Origin: an archaeon
GTDB lineage: Archaea; Nanobdellota; Nanobdellia; Woesearchaeales; GW2011-AR15
Assembly: GCA_043801855.1 (NCBI GenBank)
Contig: JAZDLQ010000019.1
Location: 384 to 64,383, forward strand
Reading direction: 5' to 3'
Length of the DNA: 64,000 bases
Part shown: positions 37,901-46,399 of the stretch, piece by piece
Position numbering within the stretch: position 1 is the stretch's first letter
Layout: each line of letters opens with the position of its first letter
Notes under the pieces: model-generated
What the model saw: only the letters and a program-made list of their open reading frames with translations
Told to the model about the DNA's origin: nothing
Database searches by the model: none
Position numbers and translations under genes: made by a program

Positions 37901-37951
37901 TGGAAAGACTTTATTGTGGAAATGCTTGAGCAGGAAGGGCTCTGGCCATAA
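34904..37951 (+). CDS. N6-adenine DNA methyltransferase fused to an SNF2-family helicase
   Basis: MTase motifs VLDNSMGSGRL and LINPPFSL. Helicase motifs WQQGLGKTKLG (I), VIVDEAHYLSN (II), LMTGTPIGN (III), TDTGLNIPQANIAII (V) and QAYSRILRPQT (VI). Confidence 0.8.
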   Translation: MSQTSLFEFSNKSLLPQIIQESEQEIIKEVKQERKILRIEPSGKTYTQLNTEIKLSIHNETWHKDDLIKYYEGLGIEIKSENGILGLHNAREKNLGQFFTPLWASKLIVELLSIPCNATVLDNSMGSGRLAWHLPNKKLFTGIEYEAQAYEVAKRVYPDSCIIQDNLVNHVADNRFDYVLINPPFSLNLKSLHGNLIHISYGGGVLSQVAAMEIGLRAVKDRGYLAAILPENVWKLESTRVLHRWIKENSQEIARIRLPKSTFIGTEWRTTLFIFHKTSWNSDSTVEPFTDELSSEQDTPLVIGRFQQTVFNRDVIDYSVSRNSREPVILEKLSKAEEAIQSINKRKLSWNSENPRVLVTSVKNRLHFMPNNALAAIKMENIKANFQVEYDYSLRDYADTLKKSLVLDKVWIGEKHIHELEIFTYFEKYGLDYEISPVLVNWLKKKKRFYNRESLAFEQWIKPTEESDWECRFDEDGIKTILGLYNHRQRIFRRCCKEFPHLNVLYDFQKDDLIRLSLKKSAIIAWQQGLGKTKLGIALAILKDCKKNLFIVPSHLKATWVKEFKNFGINAHIIEEKADISQLSMFNLITFNALKKKVDSRKTKFRTDKRSGKAVDKAKTFADILRKKFKFVIVDEAHYLSNKSTSQTKAVSKMKPRYWYLMTGTPIGNTVKNIYSLLDIGWKAGSPFFPYNTKQFREEFVTVEWVTPEFDDTLSKGRTAQQMADVKNVEVFVDLMKAKWLRRVKAEPEVQRCIAIPKPHIVDVQCKPEQEQLIHYKKHLEEFAVIFKRYMHPEEDKEHKVDQSIVLAMIQNLQFCSIIPQHPKVNPDEDFTYKGDKTTTQKKILELIKAHYAEGRKIILFTQRPDFCDLLGDWLKKENIESVVFTGKINIDKRNKRLDDFKYNGINVMLASINVTDTGLNIPQANIAIIAEADWKWSKIDQAYSRILRPQTKESPTVYCIHTNGTIDNYLWQHAYRKKDAIDEALEGREDIKKEKWVHWKDFIVEMLEQEGLWP

Positions 37952-37973
37952 ATAATTCTAAGGTGATAAAAAA

Positions 37974-38639
37974 ATGATTACGATAGATGCAGCTCTAAAA
38001 AAAATATACTTTCAAAATGAGTACCATATCGGCAAAGAACCTATGAAAACACATGAATGCGAGCTTGTGGCAGCTTATATGTGCCCTAAGTGCGAGCAGA
38101 TTATATTAGCCTATTTCAAGACAGATGTGTTTATCCCTATATGGAAATATGATGAAAAAGAGAAGGATAAAAATTATGATTCTGAATCTGAGAGGAGATA
38201 TTACAAGTACAGGGTGTTTTATGCTGGTTGCGGTGTCATGGGAATTGAGCTGAAAGAGCATAACAGCTATAATGGCTGCTCTTTTAAAATCAATCAGTCC
38301 TATAATCTCATTAGCTCAGTCAATTCAATTCTGAAGTATATTGAGAAAGAGCTTACTGAGACACTAGAAAAAAAAAAGAAAGTTTGTGTTAAGCCATTAC
38401 CAAATGATTTCAGCAAGACTAGGCTTATTCAGAATCTAAGAGAAACAAAAGAGATTACATTGATTTCTGATGTTTGCGGAACAATGGATCCACTCATCAG
38501 GATTGAGCCTGTAAAGCATGATGAGATAGACATTTACCAATATGAACGTGACAGCGAGGAGAGGAAGAAGGCAGAATTGCATAATTATGAAAGCATGAAA
38601 AAGGCATATGCTGATTTGATAAAAAGCGTAAAAAAATAG
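37974..38639 (+). CDS. Hypothetical protein with a CxxC pair
   Basis: HECELVAAYMCPKCEQ. No family recognised. Contains an internal A10 run at about 38372-38381. Confidence 0.4.
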   Translation: MITIDAALKKIYFQNEYHIGKEPMKTHECELVAAYMCPKCEQIILAYFKTDVFIPIWKYDEKEKDKNYDSESERRYYKYRVFYAGCGVMGIELKEHNSYNGCSFKINQSYNLISSVNSILKYIEKELTETLEKKKKVCVKPLPNDFSKTRLIQNLRETKEITLISDVCGTMDPLIRIEPVKHDEIDIYQYERDSEERKKAELHNYESMKKAYADLIKSVKK

Positions 38640-38710
38640 CACTGCTTCAAGTAGCTGATTTTTTCTTTCATTAACCGAAAAGAAAAAATCTTTGTGAGGT
38701 GTTTTCTGTG

Positions 38711-39604
38711 ATGAATAACAAAGTAAAGGAAGCTATAGACGGCCTGCTAGACATGTTCAGGTCAGGGGACATACCTGAAAAGATTGCCCTGGTGACAAAC
38801 CCTGACTTTAATGTGCCTTCCTCAAAATGGAGCCTGAACAACAGGCTTATCCAGCTGTTCCATGGCACGATGGACAGCAGGGGCATCAGGCAGTGGGGAA
38901 CTGCAGGAAGAAAGATTAGGAAAGGATCAAGGGCAATTCACATCCTGGCACCCAGCGAATTCTCATTCTACAAGTGCATATGCAGCAAGACACTCTTCAG
39001 CAAAGACCTGAATAAGGATAGATGCCCAGGCTGCGATGAGCCCATTGACGAAAGCCGAATACAGTCAGGGATTGCTTTCAACTGCGTGCCGGTGTTCAGG
39101 GTAGAGGATACAGAAGGGAGCCCACTCCCATACGAGAACATCCCCCTGCCACAGCATCGCTTTCTTGGTGTAGCAAAATCCTGGAACCTTGAAGTAAAGT
39201 CCAGTGCATTCCTGGGGAATGCCTATGGTTACTATAAACGTGGTGAGAAGATAGTACTTGCTTCTCCTGAGGAGTTGGTTTTCTATCACGAGCTGGCACA
39301 CGCAGCCCATGAAAGATTAGGATTGATGAGGGAAAAAAGGCAGGATCCATCTAATGAGATTGTTGCAGAGTTCGCTGCAACATCGCTCGCATACATGGAA
39401 GGAAAGACTACAAAGCTTGGGAATTCCTATGATTATCTTGAGCATTATGCAAAAGAGAAGCATCTGTCCCTGGAGAAGGCAGTGCTTATGCTGCTCTCTG
39501 AGATAGAGAAAGTAATTCAGCTTATCCTAGGCTCAGAGAAGAGCCTGGAACCAGGAACAATGGCAGAAGTGCCAGCTGAGGTGGTATCACATGGCATGGT
39601 ATGA
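38711..39604 (+). CDS. ArdC-like antirestriction protein (ssDNA-binding N-domain plus HExxH metalloprotease domain)
   Basis: SKWSLNNRLIQLFHGTMDSRGIRQWGTAGRKIRKGSRAIHILAP resembles the ArdC N-domain. The C-terminal domain has YHELAHAAHE. GTGAGGTG RBS before ATG 38711. Confidence 0.6.
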   Translation: MNNKVKEAIDGLLDMFRSGDIPEKIALVTNPDFNVPSSKWSLNNRLIQLFHGTMDSRGIRQWGTAGRKIRKGSRAIHILAPSEFSFYKCICSKTLFSKDLNKDRCPGCDEPIDESRIQSGIAFNCVPVFRVEDTEGSPLPYENIPLPQHRFLGVAKSWNLEVKSSAFLGNAYGYYKRGEKIVLASPEELVFYHELAHAAHERLGLMREKRQDPSNEIVAEFAATSLAYMEGKTTKLGNSYDYLEHYAKEKHLSLEKAVLMLLSEIEKVIQLILGSEKSLEPGTMAEVPAEVVSHGMV

Positions 39605-40352
39605 CCTAAACAAAGGGATAGATTTCTCGAATCCTAGCAGGAAAGGCAGGTTTCCAAGGATTGCAGTTGATAGGGAGAAACTGCTAAGGCTTTATATTGG
39701 GGAGAAGGAACTGGATGACATTGCAAAAGAGTTCAATGTTTCTAGGGCAACAGTCACCAGGCACTTGAAATTCCTTGTGCCTAAATACCTCAAAAGGAAC
39801 AAGGGCAGGACAGGAAACCTGAAAGCGCCGTTTAACGAAAAAATCATCAAGCTCTATACAAATGACCATTTCAGCACTGAGAGGATCGGCTCCGAGATGG
39901 ACTGCAGCGCTGAAAAAGTGAGGAAGCACCTTATTCTTTGCGGTGTCCAGATGCGTGGCAGGAGCTTCAAGAATGTCATGAACTTCCATCCGAAGATGCT
40001 TTGCAGGAAGGAGAAGAGATATCCCTTCAATGACCTTAAGTCTTTCAACAGCATATTCACGTTTCTCTACTGCCTCAATGTGCAGTCTGAGGATATCGCA
40101 GGCATACTGAATGTGCACACGGATACAGTGATGAGAAGGATCAAGTTTCTCAAGGCAACATCCTATTTCAAGCTAAGGTTCTGCAGGAAATGCAGCAGGT
40201 TATTTCGCTTCGCATCAACAGAAAAGAGGAAGAACGGGAATATATGCCCGTTGTGCCTTGACCCGAGGAAGTGGAACGACTCTATCAGGGTCAGCACCAA
40301 CCTCCTTGAGAATATAAAGAAGAAAATTGCATTGGGTGAAATAAATTGTTGA
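39591..40352 (+). CDS. Multi-HTH DNA-binding protein with a C-terminal zinc ribbon
   Basis: Three HTH-like repeats (DDIAKEFNVSRATVTRHLKFL, TERIGSEMDCSAEKVRKHLILCG, EDIAGILNVHTDTVMRRIKFL), then CRKC...CPLC. Confidence 0.5.
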   Translation: MAWYDLNKGIDFSNPSRKGRFPRIAVDREKLLRLYIGEKELDDIAKEFNVSRATVTRHLKFLVPKYLKRNKGRTGNLKAPFNEKIIKLYTNDHFSTERIGSEMDCSAEKVRKHLILCGVQMRGRSFKNVMNFHPKMLCRKEKRYPFNDLKSFNSIFTFLYCLNVQSEDIAGILNVHTDTVMRRIKFLKATSYFKLRFCRKCSRLFRFASTEKRKNGNICPLCLDPRKWNDSIRVSTNLLENIKKKIALGEINC

Positions 40353-40746
40353 AAATCCTGGTTTTCTACAATAACGGCAAGAAGGTCCTCTACACCATAC
40401 GCCTGTTCACTGAGGAAATAAGGCAGAGGTTCAATGACGAGCTAAGAAACGGCCTGATAAAAGACTATGAGATTGTGGGTTAAAATAAACCTCTGAAAAT
40501 AGTATACATAGGGAAAGAGATTTCAATTCCTGAAGATGTAATCCAGTATTGCAGGGATTTCAGGAATAATAGTAGGAAATCTGACGTCGTCTGATGAAGA
40601 TTTAACGGTGTGGAAAGTACTGGATGACGCTGGTCTAATTATTGGAATAAAAATTCTAGAACATTAAATTGTAAGTCAGAAGGATTTTACAGGAGTCATA
40701 GTAAATGATAAAATATTTTTACCGAAAAGTACAACAGCGAATATAT

Positions 40747-41673
40747 TTATACTAATTCTACTTTGTCTCCATCATGAAGCTTGTAATCGAGACCAACTCT
40801 TTGACCATCATAAAAAGCATGCTCACTGAATAATTTCGCGCCTGAAAATTTTCCTTTATTTCTTCTGTCCAAGCTTAATGCAAAGTCACCAACCGATAAA
40901 CTTTCAGAAGTGGAAAATATCATAGGTTTTCCTTCAACTTGTCCGTTTCTATAACTATATATTCTTTGAATTCCTAATAAAGAATATATTACATTTTCAA
41001 GAGCATTAATATTTCCAATATTTACAACAGGTACATTCAAATTATTTAATATTGACCATGCTGCAACAAAGCCGGGCTTTTCAATAATTTCTTCCTTTGC
41101 TTTTTGTTTATGTGTGTTAGTTCTCCTTGATTCACCTACTATAATCAACATATAGTTCTCCAATTGTGAAATAGCGGAATAGGCCGTTTCTGCATTGGTT
41201 GCTGTAACACATAAAACATCAGCATTCCTAATAAAAATGTATTTAGCACTATCTTCTTCTCCTTGGTAAATAGGAGGTATCTCTATTACCTGAATCGGAA
41301 CATCCCTGCAAATATACATACCTATTCCAGGTTTAAACGTTGTATATGGTTGAGGTGATATTTTCGGATGAGATTGAGTTAATAATTCAAGTAATGAGCT
41401 TTTACCAGTATTAGTTTCTCCAACAATAACAATTTGCCTATCATATCTAATACCATCATACAATCCATTTGGTGCGCCCTTTCCTTTTGACGCTTGCTGC
41501 TGGACCTTTAAAGATGCTAATTCTTCCTTGAATCTAGTTCTTGTTGTTTTGGCTTCAATTCCTTTTGGGTTTAATGCAACCAATTGTTCTAAGAGCGTAA
41601 TCTTTTCTGCCTGAGTTCCTGCACCTTCTAATTTTTTTCTTAATAATTGAAACTCAACATCAGGATTTACCAT
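40747..41673 (-). CDS. DRG/Obg-class GTPase-like protein with a C-terminal TGS domain and a degenerate G3 motif
   Basis: G1 IVIVGETNTGKSSL and G2 YTTFKPG. G3 reads IQVIEIPPI instead of DxPG. TGS-like YDGQRVGLDYKLHDGDKVELV. Confidence 0.6.
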   Translation of the reverse strand: MVNPDVEFQLLRKKLEGAGTQAEKITLLEQLVALNPKGIEAKTTRTRFKEELASLKVQQQASKGKGAPNGLYDGIRYDRQIVIVGETNTGKSSLLELLTQSHPKISPQPYTTFKPGIGMYICRDVPIQVIEIPPIYQGEEDSAKYIFIRNADVLCVTATNAETAYSAISQLENYMLIIVGESRRTNTHKQKAKEEIIEKPGFVAAWSILNNLNVPVVNIGNINALENVIYSLLGIQRIYSYRNGQVEGKPMIFSTSESLSVGDFALSLDRRNKGKFSGAKLFSEHAFYDGQRVGLDYKLHDGDKVELV

Positions 41674-41689
41674 TTTTAACCTTTTATAA

Positions 41690-42586
41690 TTATTGTTGTC
41701 TCGACAAGCTTGACATAAACTCCATTAGGAGATTTGTCAGATGCAGACCCGTAATTTCATACTTTTCTAATGTTGGATTGTACTCTGTGAAGTCAGCTCC
41801 AATTACATGTGTTTGCAGAGCAATTTTTTCAAGCAACAATCTTGCCATCCTAAAATTGGCTCCATCTGGTTCTGGAACTCCAACTGCAGGCGCTATTGAT
41901 GGATCAAGAAAATCCATATCAAATGAAACATATGAAAACTGGCCTGAAATAATAATACCATCTAAAGAATTGAGCCCATTTTCTCTTATTTTGTCTAGTG
42001 TAAGTATTGTATTTCCATCGCTAAGTGAATCCTCAAGTCCAGGTCCTGTATTCAAGTTGCCATGCAATCCAATATGTACAATTCTGTCTACATATTTCAA
42101 TCCACGTACTGCCCGCATGACAGAACCATGAGGAAAACCTGCGTCATAGTTCAAGTAATCCCCATGTGCATCAAATTGATAAACTGTTACAGGAGTACTT
42201 AATTCAAGCCCCTTTAAAGCATGAATAGTAATTCCGTGATCCCCTCCAACAATAATTGGAATTCCATTTTTTTGTACTATTGTACTAATTATCTTAGGAA
42301 ACCCGTGATCCATATCAACAAAACCATTAGCGTCACCACAATCCACAATATTGCAGTCATGAAGTATATATCCTCTAGTTGGATTAAAAACCATCAATGG
42401 TTTTGCAGGTCCAACGCCATTTGCATATCTTTGTGAAATAGACCTAATTGAATTTGGCGCTTTGTCCAATCCCTGGAATTCATAACTTGTATTATATCCT
42501 GCACCTATGTAACACAACTGCCCGGGTTGAATATCATTTGGTTCAACATATTCCTGATTTAAAAATGTCTCTTTTGATCGTATCAT
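41690..42586 (-). CDS. Ureohydrolase (agmatinase/arginase family)
   Basis: GGDHGIT, QFDAHGD, SFDMDFLDP and ADFTEYNP are the manganese-ligand motifs of the family. Confidence 0.8.
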   Translation of the reverse strand: MIRSKETFLNQEYVEPNDIQPGQLCYIGAGYNTSYEFQGLDKAPNSIRSISQRYANGVGPAKPLMVFNPTRGYILHDCNIVDCGDANGFVDMDHGFPKIISTIVQKNGIPIIVGGDHGITIHALKGLELSTPVTVYQFDAHGDYLNYDAGFPHGSVMRAVRGLKYVDRIVHIGLHGNLNTGPGLEDSLSDGNTILTLDKIRENGLNSLDGIIISGQFSYVSFDMDFLDPSIAPAVGVPEPDGANFRMARLLLEKIALQTHVIGADFTEYNPTLEKYEITGLHLTNLLMEFMSSLSRQQ

Positions 42587-42620
42587 GGTATCACCGTATT
42601 ATTACAAAATAATTTTTTAA

Positions 42621-43739
42621 TCATCCCTTTCTGCCTGCAGTACCTATCAATACCACATTTTGTCCTTTTTGTATTTCCTCTGCTTTAATTGCAGCAGCAA
42701 AAACACTGCAAGAAGAAAATTCTAAACGTGGTAAATCTTGTTGATCATAAAATGATTCTATCTCTTCATCAGTCACAGAGACAGGAACCCCGCCTGTTTT
42801 TTTTAATAGGTTAATTATTTTTAAATAATTAAAACATGTATCTGACGCAATAGCCTCAGCTTGTGATTCTGCCATAGTCTCAAGAACCACAACTTTATCC
42901 TCAATTCCTTTTCTGAAACCATATGCTATTGGATCTGCACCTTCAATCTGGACAGCCATTATTCTAGGCAAAACACTGATTGCTCCACATTCAAACAAAT
43001 CTTTAAATCCATTGTACATACCAACTATATTACCCCCGCTGCCAACAGGCACAATTATCCAATCAGGCACACCACCACTAAATTGTTGAAAAATTTCATA
43101 AGCTGTCGTCTTCATCCCTTCCAGATAGGGTAAATTAGTTGCAGGAAAGCCATTATATACATCAGGATGACTTCTGCAAAACCTGAAAAAATGCTCATAA
43201 CTCTCTATCAGATCTTTATCAAACTGTATCTGTGAGTGTTGCTTAATTAACTCGATTTTGCTAGCAGGTGTGCCTTCTGGAATAAAAATCATGTTTTGAA
43301 TACCTGCCCTGGATGCGTAATATCCCAATGAAATGGCAGCATTTCCTGTTGAAGGAATCGCAATGGTTTTATACCCTTGTCTTAAAGCATCAGATACCAA
43401 TAATGCCATCCCTCTGTCTTTGAAGCTTCTAGTTGGATTACAGCTTTCGTCTTTAATAAAAAAATTGGCATCTCCTTCAATTGTTTCTAACCTATATAAA
43501 GGAGTTGAACCTTCAGTATAGCACACTGATGCATCCGCTAAAAATGCTAAATGATTGCCATATCTTGCTATACCTGTTTTTGAAGTATCATATAGTAAAC
43601 TAGAAGGTCTTTCTGAATAAACAGGTGTCCATATATTTAATGGCACCCCACCAATTTCAAGTTCCGGATGTTCATGATTATTTTGAAGCGGCGATTTAAT
43701 TCCGCATATATCGCATGATAGATAATCAATAATTGTCAT
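42621..43739 (-). CDS. Threonine synthase-like fold-type II PLP enzyme
   Basis: FIKDESCNPTRSFKDRGMA (PLP lysine motif), STGNAA and VGSGGN. Confidence 0.75.
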   Translation of the reverse strand: MTIIDYLSCDICGIKSPLQNNHEHPELEIGGVPLNIWTPVYSERPSSLLYDTSKTGIARYGNHLAFLADASVCYTEGSTPLYRLETIEGDANFFIKDESCNPTRSFKDRGMALLVSDALRQGYKTIAIPSTGNAAISLGYYASRAGIQNMIFIPEGTPASKIELIKQHSQIQFDKDLIESYEHFFRFCRSHPDVYNGFPATNLPYLEGMKTTAYEIFQQFSGGVPDWIIVPVGSGGNIVGMYNGFKDLFECGAISVLPRIMAVQIEGADPIAYGFRKGIEDKVVVLETMAESQAEAIASDTCFNYLKIINLLKKTGGVPVSVTDEEIESFYDQQDLPRLEFSSCSVFAAAIKAEEIQKGQNVVLIGTAGRKG

Positions 43740-44947
43740 TTTGTCATGTACTGCAATGTGTCAATAATTCTTCTGGGTATTGTTCTGGAATCTGTTACTT
43801 GCATAGAATCCTGCCATATTGGATAGCAGGCAGGACATATAGGATGTGAATACAATACAGTAGGGTTATACGTTCTATTAAACTCCTTTATTGCTTCAAT
43901 TACACCAGATGTGCATGATGAACAGTTACCCGAAGTCATATGCGGGAAAAGCTCATTACGTTCAACTCCAGGAGCAACGCCCTGACTTCCACTTAACACC
44001 TGTTCATCAAAATAACCGCCAAGCCTAAGATCAAGCTGCTTTCCTTGTTCAGTGCCTCCATATACCCCTTTTACTACTTCAATTACACTCCAAAGCCAAG
44101 GAACCCTGTATAAACCTATATTGTAAAGCATATCAGTTAAAGAATGTCTTTGCAAAGATGTTGGTTCAACAGAAACAGCATCTGAATCATTTTGAAGTGC
44201 AAAGAGAGCGGTTTCAACAGCGTCTGTTATCGCTTCCTTTTCTGTAAGAAATGGTGGCTTTTGGTTAACATACGTTAATGCTCTACAGCCATTTTCATGC
44301 AAAATCTGAATAGCCCGAGTATAAACTGTAAGATCAGGCATATTTTTATGATGGCATAATTCTCTAATATCTTGTCTTGATGATTCAAGCCCTATGCCAA
44401 CTTCAATAATTCCATCATATTGTCCTCTTATATTTGCTAATGATTCTGGAGTAATGTATTCAGCTCGTGATTCAATTATTACTTTTTTAATTCCTGGAAA
44501 ACACTGTATTGAACGAAATATCCCTCTTGCTGCCGATTTAGGTATTTCATTGGGGTTTAGAAAACTTCCCAGATTATATAAGCATAAAACGGGAAACTTG
44601 TTTAAATCAAATTCACCAGTCACAGATGCCTCTAATGCTGATCCATTGGCAACGCTTTTCCATTGCTTCATATACTCTATTGCCCTAACAGGGTTTTCTG
44701 TTGTGCCATCATAATGAGCGCACATTGAACATCCTTTTTTTGCTTTATAATGTTCACACCCTGTAGAACGTAAAACAACCATTATCCTGTCAATCGTTTG
44801 ACCATCAAACCAAAATTTGTTAATTTCAATCTCTGCGGGTACATTTGGATTGAAATTTCGTACAGGGACATCTGATCTTATTGTTGTAAGTTTTCTTTCA
44901 AGAATTTCTAAAGCTAATCCATATTCTTCTGTCATCATTTTTATCAC
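43736..44947 (-). CDS. Radical SAM-like enzyme with noncanonical CX8CX2C cluster spacing (TIGR01210/RaSEA-like)
   Basis: RSTGCEHYKAKKGCSMCAHYDG, with extra C-terminal CSSC and CPAC pairs. 4-nt overlaps with both neighbouring genes. Confidence 0.55.
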   Translation of the reverse strand: MIKMMTEEYGLALEILERKLTTIRSDVPVRNFNPNVPAEIEINKFWFDGQTIDRIMVVLRSTGCEHYKAKKGCSMCAHYDGTTENPVRAIEYMKQWKSVANGSALEASVTGEFDLNKFPVLCLYNLGSFLNPNEIPKSAARGIFRSIQCFPGIKKVIIESRAEYITPESLANIRGQYDGIIEVGIGLESSRQDIRELCHHKNMPDLTVYTRAIQILHENGCRALTYVNQKPPFLTEKEAITDAVETALFALQNDSDAVSVEPTSLQRHSLTDMLYNIGLYRVPWLWSVIEVVKGVYGGTEQGKQLDLRLGGYFDEQVLSGSQGVAPGVERNELFPHMTSGNCSSCTSGVIEAIKEFNRTYNPTVLYSHPICPACYPIWQDSMQVTDSRTIPRRIIDTLQYMTK

Positions 44948-46302
44948 CTATTTGCGAAAGATAATACAGGGCGATATTTTGCGCCGTTGTTATATGGTAT
45001 TTCGTCAACAACATTAATAGTTACTGACATATCTTGAGGTAATAATTGGTATAAACTCTTACCCAATCTTTCCTTTTGTGAAGGAGATAGTCCATATAAA
45101 CCGGGTACAATATATACATTAATATTACCTTCTTGTTCCTGGACAAATTGATACCTTAAACCGTGCACAGGTATATCCAGTTCAAGATACCAGTTATATG
45201 CAAGATCCATAAAACAACTTGCAGGAACAGTCCTTCCATCGGTTGTTAATACAGAATCCATTAGCCTTCCTTCAGGAGAATTCATAACCCTGAAATTGCT
45301 ACCGCAACTACAATTGACAACACCTTCGATTGAAGCAAGGTCACCCTGAGAATATCTGATTATTGGTGTTGCTGTGTTTAACAAGTTCGTACCAATAACA
45401 AGTCCACGGTTTCCAGGTTCAAGTGGTTTTTTTGATTCAGTATCAACAATTTCTATGTAACATGCATCTTCTTCAAGATGGTATCTTCTTGATGGGCATT
45501 CAAGTGCAATCCGTGTTAATTCTTCACTTGAAAATTCGTCAAGGACAGGTATACCAAAAAAATCAGAATAACTTTTCCTTTCCATAGTGGTTGATTGTTC
45601 TGAATGTATAACGATGAGTTCGATTCCGAATGATTTTAGATCTGCATTTGCAGTGCATAGTTGCCTTAAATATGTAGGATAAATAGATAAAACTTTAGGT
45701 TTGGCTTGTGCTAAAACCTTTACTGCGTCATCAATTGGAGTTGTTGTTAGGAGAAATTGTGTTGGATACATCCCATCTACAGAAGACACCCACCATGGAC
45801 TTGTGTAAATAAAAAATGCTAAATCAGTTGGATCATAATTTCCGCCACTCTGCATATGGAACTGTCTTACTCCTTGTATTGTATCTAAATATACTGCATC
45901 AGGAGAAACAGCAAGAGTAACAAATCGGCCGGAAGAACCTGAACTCCGGGTAGTGAACTCCAAAGTATGTTTAGAACTAATTGTTTTTTTTGGAAACCCA
46001 TCAATTAATTCATCCTTGTAAAGTATTGGCAAAGATTCAAAATCTCCCCATGTCTTTATATCTCCTGGTATAAAACCAACTGCATGATATTTTTCTTGGT
46101 ATAGAGGGACTGTTTTATATGCAAAATCCACTAACTCGATTATTCTTTGTAATTGCCATGATTTAATGTCTTGAGGAGATAATCTCGAAAATGTTTTTAT
46201 TGATTTCCATTTTTCATCAAATAAAGCTCTTAATGTCTGATGGTCTCGTACGGACTCCATTCTTTTATTACTTGTCCCTAGACTAGAATAATCTATCATC
46301 AT
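44944..46302 (-). CDS. PaaK/coenzyme F390 synthetase-like adenylate-forming enzyme
   Basis: TTRSSGSSGRFVT (AMP-binding P-loop variant). Overall PaaK/CapK-like length, with an ...IRYSQGD... region. Confidence 0.65.
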   Translation of the reverse strand: MMIDYSSLGTSNKRMESVRDHQTLRALFDEKWKSIKTFSRLSPQDIKSWQLQRIIELVDFAYKTVPLYQEKYHAVGFIPGDIKTWGDFESLPILYKDELIDGFPKKTISSKHTLEFTTRSSGSSGRFVTLAVSPDAVYLDTIQGVRQFHMQSGGNYDPTDLAFFIYTSPWWVSSVDGMYPTQFLLTTTPIDDAVKVLAQAKPKVLSIYPTYLRQLCTANADLKSFGIELIVIHSEQSTTMERKSYSDFFGIPVLDEFSSEELTRIALECPSRRYHLEEDACYIEIVDTESKKPLEPGNRGLVIGTNLLNTATPIIRYSQGDLASIEGVVNCSCGSNFRVMNSPEGRLMDSVLTTDGRTVPASCFMDLAYNWYLELDIPVHGLRYQFVQEQEGNINVYIVPGLYGLSPSQKERLGKSLYQLLPQDMSVTINVVDEIPYNNGAKYRPVLSFANR

Positions 46303-46399
46303 TTCTCCCCTCTATATAAATAACAATGGAAAAAAGATGTATATTTAAATATAACTACTAACTAGTTAATATTGGTTGTTTGGAATTATAATATAAAAG

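Larger units (their letters stand above)
281..40700. mobile_element. Putative plasmid-derived or integrated conjugative-type element; boundaries approximate and not demonstrated
   Basis: T4SS-like genes (pilin, VirB6-like, VirB4-like) co-occur with an AEP primase-polymerase, a TA pair, an ArdC-like protein and a methylase-SNF2 fusion. Gene content and composition change near 40.5-40.7 kb. No integrase or flanking direct repeats recognised. Confidence 0.4.

Noticed and set aside
40581-40665. A possible archaeal C/D-box sRNA (CTGATGA ... TGGATGA elements)
   Set aside because: The C-box is preceded by a pyrimidine, no CUGA D-box lies at the expected 3' position, and the spacing does not fit the C-D'-C'-D layout on either strand.
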